DNA of 62,916 nucleotides, filler included, from Octopus bimaculoides (lineage: Eukaryota), in the NCBI RefSeq assembly GCF_001194135.2. It is 7 parts of 7 records of this genome, joined end to end, with 100 filler letters (N's around TTAATTAATTAA, not from the genome) between each part and the next. Parts side by side here need not be neighbours in the genome. Positions count along the whole stretch, not along the records: positions 39,501 to 57,729 come from NC_069006.1; positions 57,830 to 60,174 come from NC_068984.1; positions 60,275 to 62,916 come from NC_069002.1; 4 more parts are not named here. The stretch is one strand, 5' to 3'. Positions within the stretch are counted from its first letter, which is position 1, and each line of letters starts with the position of its first letter. The notes beneath the pieces were generated by a model. The model made no database searches and was not told the DNA's origin. It saw only the letters and a list, made by a program, of their open reading frames with translations. Positions 51,890-62,916 of the stretch are shown piece after piece. The translations under genes and the position numbers were made by a program.

Positions 51890-54800
51890 AGAATGGGACA
51901 TTGGGTGCCAACCTATATAGTGGTACAGAGAAGGTCAAACACTGAAGTCGGACAGTCGAAGTCTGACACCATAGAAGGAAAGTCAAGGTCAGATACATAT
52001 TGAGACAGTCAACATTAGACATTACAGTGGGGCAGTGAAGGTCGGACACTATAGTAGAACAGTCAAGGTCAGATTTCATAGTGGGTCGGTCAAGGCCAGG
52101 CATTATAGTGGGACAGTCATGCTCAGACGCTACAGTCAGACAATCATGGTCAGACACTACAGTGGGAAAATAAATGCCACACACTATAATAGGACAATCA
52201 AGGTCAGACACTATAGTGGGACCGTCAAGGTCAGACATTATAGTGGGACAGTCAAGGCCAGACATTATAACTGGACAGTCATAATCAGACGCTACAATGG
52301 GACAGTGAACGTCAAATACTATAGTAAGACAGTCAAGGGCTAACACTATAGTGGGACACACAACATTAGACATAGTAGAACAGTCAAGGTCAGACACCAT
52401 TGTGGGTCAGTCAAGGCAAAACATTACAGTGGGACAGTCAAGGCCAGACGTTATAGTGGGACAGTCATGATCAGACGCTACAACGGGACAGTCATGATCA
52501 GACACTACAGTGAACGCGAGACACTATAGTAGGACAGTCAAGACCAGATATTATAGTTGGACAGTCAAGGTCAGGCCGCTACAATGAGACAGTCATGATC
52601 AGACACTACAATGGGACAGACACTACGACGTAATATTCAAAGCCAGACTCTAGTTCTACAGAGGGACAGTCAAGTCCAGGCATAACAATGGGACAGTAAA
52701 GGCTAGATATCATAGTAGGACATTCAAGGTCAGACACTACAATGAGGCAGTCAAGGCTAGAGACTATAGGGAGGCAGTAAAGGTTAGATGTCATTGTGGG
52801 GACAGTCAAGGTCAGGAAAGATAGTGGGACAGTCAAGGCTACGTATTATAGTAGGTCAAAGAAGGTTAGATTTATAGTGGGAAGTTCAAGGTCATACACC
52901 GCAGAAGGACAGGCAAGGCCAGACCTTACAGAGGAACAGTCAACGTCAGACGATACATTCGCACAGTGAATGTCAGACACTATACTGGGACAGTTAAAGT
53001 GAATCATCAGACTGGGACAGTCGAGGTCAGGCATTATAGTGGTCAGTGAAGCTCAGACATTACAGTGGGAAAGTCAAGATCAGAAACTACAGTGGTGTAG
53101 TCAATGCCAGATATTATAGTGGGACAGTCATAGTCAGACACTACAGTGGGACAGCCAAGGCCAGACACAATAGTGGGATAGTCAAGGTTAGACATTTTAG
53201 TAGGACAGTCAAATTAAGACTCTATAGTGGTACAGTCAAGGTCAGTCACCACAGTGGGACAGTGAGGGCCAGATATTATAGTGGAGCACTCAAGGGGAGA
53301 CACTGCAGTGGGATAGTCAAGGTCAGACACAACAGTTAGATAGTGAAGGACAGACATTATAGTGGGACAGTCATGGTTGGACATTGTAGTGGGACAGTCA
53401 AAGCTATACACTACAGTGGCACAAACAAGGCGTGACATTATAGTAGGAAAATCATGGTCAGGCGCAACAGTAGAACAGTCAAGGTCATACGTTATGGTGA
53501 GACAGTTTAGGTCAGACATCATAGTAGGACAGTCAAAGCCAGACATTATTATACTGCGACACTAAAGATCAGTTACTACAGTGGGACAGCCAAAGTCAGA
53601 CATTTTAGGAAGGCAGTCAAGGTCAGGGAATACAGTGGGACAGTGAAGGTCAGACTGTGTAGTGGGGAATTCAAAGCGAGAAATCATAATGGGAGACACA
53701 AGGCCAGGCATTACAGTGGGACAGTCAAGGCCAGACACTATAGAGGAATAGTGAGTGAATGGCAAGCGCTACCGTGGGACATTCAAGGCCAGCCATTATA
53801 GCGGGACGGTCGTGGCCAGACGTTATAGTGGGACAGTCAGTGCGAGAAATTGCAGTGGGATACTTAAGGTAACACACTGCCATGGAACATTCAAATCGTG
53901 GGATAGTCACGTAAAATACTGTAATGAGTCAGTTAATGTCTGAGACTATAATAGGTCAGTCACCGTGAGACATTATATTGTGAAAGTCAAGGTCAGATAA
54001 TATAGTGGGACAGTGAAGGTCAAACACTACTGTGCGAGTTTCAAGGCTAGGAAATATGATGGGACAGTGAAGGCCAGCTACTACAATGCGAGAGCCAAGA
54101 CTGGATATTGTTGTGAAAGTCTGAAACACTAGTCGAGCAATCAAGGCTGGACTTTATAGTGGGACAGTCAAGGTCAGACATAATAGTTGCACTTGGAAAG
54201 TTAGACACGGTAGTGAGACAGTCAAGGTCAGATAACATGTTGGGAGAGTCAAGGTCAGATTTTAAAATGCGACAGTCAAAATCAGACACTACAGTGGGAC
54301 GTCAAGGTCAGACACTATAGTGGGACAGTCAAGGTCAGATACTATAGAGGGATAGTCAAGTTCAGATGCTACAGAAGAACAATCATGGTCAGACAGAATC
54401 CTATGACAGTCAAGGTCATATACTATAGTGGAACAGTGAAGGCCAGGCATTAGAGTTCTACTATCATGGTCAGACACTATAGTGGTCTATGAATGTCAGA
54501 CACTATAGAGGAACGACCAAGGTCTGATTCTCTAGTCGTATAGTCAAGATCAAACCCTATAGTGGGACGGTCTAGGTCAGACACTATAAATGAGACAGTC
54601 AGAGCAAGACACTCTAGTGGTATGCTCAAGGACAGATACTACGTTAATGGTAGACACTTTAGTGACACAATCAAAACGAGACGTTACAGCGGGTGGTCAA
54701 AGTCTGGCATTACATTGAGATAGTCGAAGTAAGACATTATAGTAAGGTAGTGCCAGTGACACTCTATTGTTGAATACTGACTTTCAGATGTAATGTCACT

Positions 54801-56070
54801 GCAAAGGTCACACACAACTTTGGGAGTGTGAAGGTTAGGACAGGAGTTTGAAAGTTGGAAATTTGGGAGAGAGAAGGTCGGAGCAGTGAAGGACATACGT
54901 CATAGTGGAAAGCTGAAGTTCAGCTATTATAATCTAACAATAACGGTAAGACACTGCAACGGGATAGGAAATGTCAGACATTTTAATCTGACACACACGC
55001 ACTGCAATATACATATACATGTACACACACATTCATTCAGACGCACAAACAAGCGCTTACACAATCATGTACTCACACACATACACAGGGACGGCATTGG
55101 TTACAGCTTATAGGAGGTTTTGAAGGACAGACATTAAAGATGGACTGTCAAAGTCAGCCATTATAAAGAGAAAGTGAAGCATAGACGCTCTAGTGATAGA
55201 ATGAAGATCAATCATAGCAGACGGGCGGTGAAGGTAGGGCACTGTAATGAAAGAATCAAGGTCAGATGTTATATGGGACAGTGAAGAACAGACACAAGAG
55301 CGTGATATTCATGGTCAGATACTAGAAAGAGAAATATTTCAGCGAGAGGATCAAGGTAAAATATTATAGTGAGGCAAGGAGGATGAGACACCATTGTGCG
55401 ACAGCCAAGTTCAGACACTATTATTGTGGGACAGTCATTGTCAAACAATATAGTGAAACAGTCAAAGTCACAGATTACAGTGGGGCTGTCAAGATCAGAC
55501 GAAATAGAGTGAAGGTCAGTCATAGTAGACGAGGAAGGGTACTGTAGTGGGAGGATCAAGGTTAGACATTGTGACGGGCTGCTGAACGCTAGGTAGAGTA
55601 GTGGGACAATGAAGGTTAGACACTACAGTGAGATATCCAAAGTCAGACACTGAAGTGATGCGGTAAAGGTGAGACACTTTAGTGAGAGAGTCAAGGTCAA
55701 ATATTATAATAGTTTGGTGAAGGTCAGACATTGTAGTGAGGCAATGAAGGTCAGACACTACAGTAGGGGCGTGAATGACATACACTATAGAGGGACAGTC
55801 AAAGTCAGACACTAGAGCGAGCCAATCATAAAATGAGACTAGAATGAGAGTCAAGGTCAGAGGGTAGAGTGAGAGTGTTATGGTCAGACACTAGCGTGAG
55901 GCAATCAAGGTCAGATACTTTCGTGAAACAATGGAGTAATGTATTACAGTGGTCACCTAGTGACACCAGACATTCTAGTGTAACATCTAAGGCCAGACAA
56001 TTATGACACTGAAGGTAAGACATTATTGATTGGCTGTCAATGTCAGGCATTACAGAGTGATAGTGACCAA
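51890..56070. repeat. degenerate 27-bp tandem array 2 (roughly 150 units), inverted relative to array 1
   Basis: Plus-strand unit AAGGTCAGACACTATAGTGGGACAGTC; ORFs KVRHYSGTV (+) and SDLDCPTIV (-). Interrupted by (CA)-rich sequence at ~54980-55090. Confidence 0.9.
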
Positions 56071-56074
56071 TGAC

Positions 56075-56350
56075 GTCCCGCTGTGTGTGTGTGTGTGTTG
56101 GGCCCTTTCGCCGAACCGCTAAGTTACGGGGACGTAAACAAACCAACACCGGTTGTAAAGTGATGGGGTGGGACAAGCAAATACGTGCGCGCGCGCACAC
56201 ACATGAGAGGCTTCTTTCAGTTTCTGCATTCCAAATCCACTCACAGGGCTACAGTAGAAGACATTTGCCCGAGATGCCACGCAGTGAGACTGAACCTGAA
56301 ACTTCTTCCCGCACAGTCGGGTCGCAGACATCTTGCCGCACAGTCACTCC
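56075..56350 (-). mobile_element. SINE family A abutting the right edge of array 2
   Basis: ccgaaccgctaagttacggggacgtaaacaaaccaacaccggttg...ggcttctttcagtt...gtagaagacatttgcccgagatgccacgcagtg. Confidence 0.8.
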
Positions 56351-56662
56351 TGCACCTACAGATACACATTACCACAACATATCATATAACTAATTCCACC
56401 ATTGCTGGAAATAAATGATATTAAGTTGAATGCAATATGGAAGACGTTTAGTAAGTAATTACACATGTAAATCTGTTGGTATTAGTTTCTCTAAACGAAA
56501 AAGAAATGATTCTTACAAAGACCGTACAGGAAAAGAGTAATTTCAAGGACCGGATATGCACCAAAATGCCTTGAATGGAGAGTGTAGTTAAGTGTAGACA
56601 AGTCTAATAAAGATGAAAATGTGAGGGTCACGCTCACATACACATACATTATGCATGTATAT

Positions 56663-56721
<59 letters not shown>

Positions 56722-57139
56722 GTCCATACAAATATGTAGATAAATTGACAGACAAGCACATAGGCAGACAGGGAGCTTGATAGATAAATNNNNNNNNNNN
56801 NNNNNNNNNNNNNNNNNNNNNNNNNNNNNNNNNNNNNNNNNNNNNNNNNNNNNNNNNNNNNNNNNNNNNNNNNNNNNNNNNNNNNNNNNNNNNNNNNNNN
56901 NNNNNNNNNNNNNNNNNNNNNNNNNNNNNNNNNNNNNNNNNNNNNNNNNNNNNNNNNNNNNNNNNNNNNNNNNNNNNNNNNNNNNNNNNNNNNNNNNNNN
57001 NNNNNNNNNNNNNNNNNNNNNNNNNNNNNNNNNNNNNNNNNNNNNNNNNNNNNNNNNNNNNNNNNNNNNNNNNNNNNNNNNNNNNNNNNNNNNNNNNTAT
57101 ATATATATATATATATATATATAGTACCTTAGTACTTAT

Positions 57140-57350
57140 ATTTGTAAAGCCTTGTACCTATTCTATGGGTCTCTTTTGCCGAATCATTAAGTTACGGGGA
57201 CATAAACACACCAACACCGGTTTCAAACGATGGTAGGAGACAAACACAGACAAAAAGACACACACATACACACAAATCCACACACACATATACGTTTTGT
57301 TTTTCAGTTTCCCGTCTACCAAATCTACTCACAAGGGTTTGGCCGGCCCG
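57140..57350 (-). mobile_element. SINE family A fragment
   Basis: ctattctatgggtctcttttgccgaatcattaagttacggggac...ccgtctaccaaatctactcacaagg. Confidence 0.75.
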
Positions 57351-57686
57351 ATATATTCTCTCTCCATACGGTGAAGATGATGATGATGACGATGATGATG
57401 ACGATGACGATGATGATGACGATGATGATGACGATGACGATGGTGATGATGACGATGATGACGCTGCTGCTGCTGCTGCTGGTGATTACGACAACAACGA
57501 CGAAGATTCATAGTTTTGTGGTTATAAAGGTAGGTGCATTTGTAACGGCTTGAATCGAATGTAGTTTATTGGTGGATTAGCGACTCTCGGTAGGGATTTG
57601 AACTCAGAGCGTAAAGTGATGTAATACTAATAGGTATTACATCCCAGCGCTGACATCAAAAGAATGAGACATAAAGCAGTATTCGG

Positions 57687-57729
<43 letters not shown>

Positions 57730-57829
57730 NNNNNNNNNNNNNNNNNNNNNNNNNNNNNNNNNNNNNNNNNNNNTTAATTAATTAANNNNNNNNNNNNNNN
57801 NNNNNNNNNNNNNNNNNNNNNNNNNNNNN

Positions 57830-57862
<33 letters not shown>

Positions 57863-57954
57863 CAAGAATCCAAGCGATGCCGTATCTTATCATTCTTAAT
57901 ACTTTCTGATAAAGAAAGAGAAGTGTTTGTGTTCTTGTGAAATTCATCAATCCG

Positions 57955-58019
57955 GTGGGGTTACTTTTCCTGATGAGACACACAACAAGGTCGAAACACG
58001 ACGGAGTCTCGAAATCCAC
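57955..58019 (+). ncRNA. type I hammerhead ribozyme candidate
   Basis: tttc-CTGATGA-gac(acacaacaag)gtc-GAAA-cac(gacgga)gtc-TC-gaaa. Exact core, stem II GAC/GTC, stem I TTTC/GAAA plus distal GTGG/CCAC, and one C-C mismatch in stem III. Confidence 0.6.
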
Positions 58020-58035
58020 TTACAACAGTGAATCA

Positions 58036-58108
58036 TATGCGTTATGAACATACCTCGTTATGAACATATTATGCATTATGAACATATTCATGCGTTATGA
58101 ACATATCT
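58036..58108. repeat. short imperfect tandem repeat of ttatgaacata (4 copies)
   Basis: Directly visible. Confidence 0.8.
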
Positions 58109-58517
58109 CGTCCAAAGTGAGGAGGTATTCTCTGGTGATGCAAAACATCAACGATCAGATATGCACGTTCGAGTCTGCCAGAACGTGTAACAATAAAGAC
58201 AATATTGAAAATACGTACATCCTTTCCTGAAGGGGAATCTACTTGCACATGTGTTTCAGTAAATTGTTGGGGCTAGTTATAAAGCCTGCGATATGGATAG
58301 GTATGGCACCAGTATGAACAAGTACTCTTCTAAATTGATTAGCAGAGTACATGAACATATACTGTACACGTGAGGTAGAAGGAAAGTACAATTTATTCGT
58401 TTTGTAATATCTGTCAATTATCGTTCTAGAGTAAATTTGAAACAGCATCCATCTATTTAATGGCTAAACACGTTACACACAAATATGTATATATGTATAT
58501 ACATATGTATGTATATG

Positions 58518-58559
<42 letters not shown>

Positions 58560-58904
58560 NNNNNNNNNNNNNNNNNNNNNNNNNNNNNNNNNNNNNNNNN
58601 NNNNNNNNNNNNNNNNNNNNNNNNNNNNNNNNNNNNNNNNNNNNNNNNNNNNNNNNNNNNNNNNNNNNNNNNNNNNNNNNNNNNNNNNNNNNNNNNNNNN
58701 NNNNNNNNNNNNNNNNNNNNNNNNNNNNNNNNNNNNNNNNNNNNNNNNNNNNNNNNNNNNNNNNNNNNNNNNNNNNNNNNNNNNNNNNNNNNNNNNNNNN
58801 NNNNNNNNNNNNNNNNNNNNNNNNNNNNNNNNNNNNNNNNNNNNNNNNNNNNNNNNNNNNNNNNNNNNNNNNNNNNNNNNNNNNNNNNNNNNNNNNNNNN
58901 NNNN

Positions 58905-58959
<55 letters not shown>

Positions 58960-59614
58960 GCAAACATATACATACAAACACACACACACATACATACACA
59001 CCCATATCATTCCAACTACTTTATCACCAAGTTTGAGAGCAAGTCTCCAGCCTCATCTCAACATTATTTACAACGTTTCTTCTTCTTCTCTTTCTTTTTC
59101 TTCGTCTTCTTCTTCTTCTTCTTCTTCCCATTACCCCACTCATCCCATCCTCCTCCTCCTCCTCCTCCTCCTCCTTTTCCTCTCATTCTCACTTCACGTT
59201 ATTAATCAATGTGCCAAGACATTCTCTCCTAAAATGGCATCAATCAGAATCCTTTCACCCACGCACTTCCATCAACTATTAACCTCCAACTTTTCAAACT
59301 TAACAGAGGCTGAAATTTGTTTCGTTGATCGATTTCTGGGATCGATAATCTAAAAATTCCCAGAATAACGGGATTCGACAAGAATTTGCAGCTTTTTCAA
59401 CTTCTACCCATCAGGTAACCAGGTTACATCCGAGTATTGATGGCTTATTACTAGTCAGGCGATTAAAAAAAAAAAAAGTCGCCACTATTTCAACATTAGG
59501 TTACACCTAACCTAATAGAACCATGATCGGAGACATTCCAGTCCTGATTATTCCAGTTTTTTTTTTTCAAAATATATAGTATCTCTTGTTTTTCGTTTTG
59601 ATTTTATTACTTTT

Positions 59615-59800
59615 TAAAATCATTGGACTGTGGCCATACTGAAGTACATCCTCAAAGAGGCTATTCAACAATAAAATCGACTGAAACATTTCTATCGGAA
59701 TCTTTTGCCGAACCGCTACATTACGAGGAAGTAATCAAACTAAGACCGGTTGTTAAACGGTGCGGCGCAGAACAAAGACAAATACAAGACACACAACAAC
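59615..59800 (-). mobile_element. SINE family A 3' half, degenerate
   Basis: atcattggactgtggccatactg...cttttgccgaaccgctacattacg...ccggttgttaaacgg. Confidence 0.6.
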
Positions 59801-61137
59801 GCATACATATATATACATATATACATATATACAATGTTAATTCTCTAAATGAAGTATTAACAGTAACTGCACGATAAAGTGTAGTATATTGCCACTTAAG
59901 TGTGGCTGACCCCTAGGGGTGGATGTTACTGTTGCTTTTAGCCCCAAGAGGACATCTCCTCCAGCTGGCTTATCGACACACGACTGTGTCCTGTTTGCCA
60001 AGGGAAGTTAGCCCTCTCACCAACATCTGCAGCACGAACGGATCCGGATTTCAGGGTTATTTCCCTTCGTCGGCGTTCGATAGCCGCTGACCTTAGTGAG
60101 AGAGACAAAAACCTGGCAATCGTATATCTTCTTTTCCAGTGAAATTCTTCACTGATATCGAAAAGGTGAAAACANNNNNNNNNNNNNNNNNNNNNNNNNN
60201 NNNNNNNNNNNNNNNNNNTTAATTAATTAANNNNNNNNNNNNNNNNNNNNNNNNNNNNNNNNNNNNNNNNNNNNTATATATATTAAAGTGTGCTTGTATG
60301 TGTGTGTATGTGTGTGTATGCGTGTGTGTGTATACGCATATGTATATCTATGTGTATATGGGGTACGAGGAGCATTTAGTGCAAGAATATCAACGAATCC
60401 GTTCTTGCTCTGAAATATTCATCGAACCTGAAGGCGGATTTACAGGATAATCTATGACGAGAGCGTATCAAAACCACATAACAAGTTTTTATCAACATAC
60501 ATTTCGATTTTGGCAGATGAGAATTGCTTTATGAAGTTTCCAAATCCTCATCTCAAATACCTCTCACGCCCTGTAGATATATCTACGACTTCACTATTAA
60601 TTGTCTTTATAACACGCTATATTCAAATATGACTGATGTGTGGCAGTTATTTCAAACACAGAGAATAAAAAACTCCTCGTTCGTCTGGAAAAATTGTTGG
60701 TGATTAACTGTAATCATTTTATTCAGGTTGTCATACAGTTATTATTGTTGTTGTCAAAACTATTCCCACCGTTGTTGTTGTTGTTCACTAGAAACAATGA
60801 TAACTAGAATATTGATACGAGAGCATCACCTCCAGTGGTTTTCTTGCTCATTTCACACCCACCATCGCTCTTTCTTCCCCGTCACTCCAGCCATAACCTT
60901 CACTAACTACCTTCAATCCGTTAATTATCACTTCACTAATGAACGCTGCAGTTTAGTAATAGCAATGTCTCTTAGTTAACCGTGTTTTTCTCCTTCCATT
61001 TACCTGTCGTTCTGCTGTACCATCAAGATTATTATTTCTCTTAGCATACAAGCGTTACCACGGCAACCTGGCTCCCTGTCACTCTTTATCTCTTCCAACC
61101 ATCACAACTTAATAGCAAGAATAAATTTCTATTCCAA

Positions 61138-61170
<33 letters not shown>

Positions 61171-62149
61171 CTTCTTCTTCTTCTTCTTCTTCTTCTTCCC
61201 CCCACCTCTACCNNNNNNNNNNNNNNNNNNNNNNNNNNNNNNNNNNNNNNNNNNNNNNNNNNNNNNNNNNNNNNNNNNNNNNNNNNNNNNNNNNNNNNNN
61301 NNNNNNNNNNNNNNNNNNNNNNNNNNNNNNNNNNNNNNNNNNNNNNNNNNNNNNNNNNNNNNNNNNNNNNNNNNNNNNNNNNNNNNNNNNNNNNNNNNNN
61401 NNNNNNNNNNNNNNNNNNNNNNNNNNNNNCACCACCACAGTCTGCTGGTGCATCGTTGACTTTGAATGATTCTCCGAAATTTCTCTTTATCTTTTCTTTT
61501 AATTATACTTATGCCAATACGAACGCATGTCCCTGCCCATCCGTACTTTACTGGGATGAACCTAGATTTCATTTTGCTCAATGAGTTAAGTTTACCTTCA
61601 TAAGATACAGGCTTTTCTTCATGAAATGTTACCTCTCTCCGACAAAGATTATTTCCTCTTAGGAATTCTGGCTCTTATCCGTGCGTTTATTACGGGTTTT
61701 TCTTTGGCTATTTTTGTTTTCGAGGAAGTCTACTTACTTTCTTCATCTTCCGCCTGACAATAATCCTCACAAATGGATGAGTTAGTATTGCTCTCGTTGT
61801 TATATTGTTGTTATGACTGACTGACTCATCATCATTGTTGGTTCTTCTGAAGTGAAGGGATTCTTGCGACCAATGCCTTGCTCCTAGCAGTCAAGATAAT
61901 ATAATATAGTTTGCAGACTCACGTGCCATGTCTGTTGTGGCCCTAAAACTGGTAACTTCTATCATGTATTCTTGTTACTTTTCTTTTTTGAAGCTTTCTG
62001 TGTAGACACCTAGGTCGTTCTCATCGGCATTTAAGATTTTTTCTGTCAGTACACTACATACTCCTGGCACCGTTTTATAGTCTTACAGGGGCGGAGGGAC
62101 TTGTGACTAATGGTGACTTCAACCGAATTAGACTCCAAAAGTTATATTT

Positions 62150-62592
62150 GCACTGAATCCTGATCATATGATAATTTGCTATAAAGACTGACCAAACTAA
62201 TGAGGCAAAGACCAGACATGATTATGGAGGACAAATAAAGTAACAATCCAAGGTCATAGAGTTTGCAATTCCGTATGATAGTAGGGTCGAGACCAAAGAA
62301 AATCGAACAATTGAGAAATACCAGGATCTAAGCAGAGGGCTAGGAAGAGTGGGAAAGACCTAGGCAATAAGCATTCCAGGAGTAATAGGTGTGTGTGGAA
62401 AAACACCAAAAATCCTTCTTAAAAGACTGAAAGGAACTGGAATTGAGACTTGCATTCTGGACCTGCAGAAAAATACCATCCTATATTGTGCAAGAATCCT
62501 GAGAAAGGTTTCTTGAGATCTGAGGAGACTTGTCACCAAAACTCAAAATCGCATACCTGCCAACTAAACTAACTAAATTTCCATGCACTAAC

Positions 62593-62593
<1 letters not shown>
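62150..62593 (+). mobile_element. R4/Dong-like LINE 3' end (restriction-like endonuclease remnant plus short UTR)
   Basis: RQRPDMIM...IEFAIPYD...EKYQDL...IPGVIG..G..PK...LQKNTILYCARILRK, ending at (TAA)n. Confidence 0.75.

Positions 62594-62668
<75 letters not shown>
62594..62668. repeat. (TAA)n microsatellite between two R4/Dong-like pieces
   Basis: Directly visible. Confidence 0.95.
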
Positions 62669-62670
<2 letters not shown>

Positions 62671-62916
62671 CGAACCAAAAAATTATCGACCCATAACCTG
62701 CTTAACAACAATGTATAAGACGCTAACATCTGTCCTAACCGAGTACACCTATATGTTTTTAATAGAAAGTAGCATATTCCCTAATGAGCAAAAGGGATGT
62801 AAACGTGGATCTTATGGTTGTAAAGATCAGCTACTCATCAATAAGATGATCTTAGAAGATTGTCACAAGCGACACAAAAACTTGTCAATAGCCTGGATAG
62901 ACTATAAAAAGGCCTT
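62669..62916 (+). mobile_element. R4/Dong-like LINE reverse transcriptase (5'-truncated, frame open to window end)
   Basis: NEPKNYRPITCLTTMYKTLTS...IFPNEQKGCKRGSYGCKDQLLINKMILED...LSIAWIDYKKA with no stop in 82 codons. Absent from the supplied ORF track. Confidence 0.9.

Noticed and set aside
44337-54477. 9-aa periodic ORFs annotated as intact CDS
   Set aside because: Overlapping ORFs in several frames and strands, all short and broken. They are expected from a stop-free consensus, so they are kept only as a hypothesis in findings.
42870-56070. 27-bp arrays as a CRISPR array or C2H2 zinc-finger cluster
   Set aside because: Units are contiguous with no unique spacers, no cas genes are present and the context is eukaryotic. 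The period is 27 bp, not the 84 bp of C2H2 repeats, and no C-x2-C/H-x3-H motif is present.

Overview
AT-rich, microsatellite-dense and heavily gapped eukaryotic DNA. The interspersed repeat families resemble those I recall from octopus (coleoid cephalopod) genomes, which is an inference and not a database result. No intact host gene can be assembled; there are only three weak exon candidates, and most listed ORFs are microsatellite or gap artefacts. Recognisable content is transposon debris: mariner and Tc1 remnants, two Chapaev3-like DNA transposon derivatives, an RT-deleted Tx1/L1-like LINE, a CR1-group LINE, R4/Dong-like LINE pieces (one with an open RT frame starting in a TAA tract at the window end), Penelope-like termini carrying hammerhead motifs, and several tRNA-derived SINE families. 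The most unusual structure is a ~13 kb complex (~42870-56070) of two related, degenerate 27-bp tandem arrays in opposite orientation that meet with almost no spacer near 51850. Other highlights are a near-canonical type I hammerhead ribozyme at ~57955-58019, nested palindromes built from Penelope-like ends, and a 3' tail shared between the Tx1-like LINE and a SINE family.
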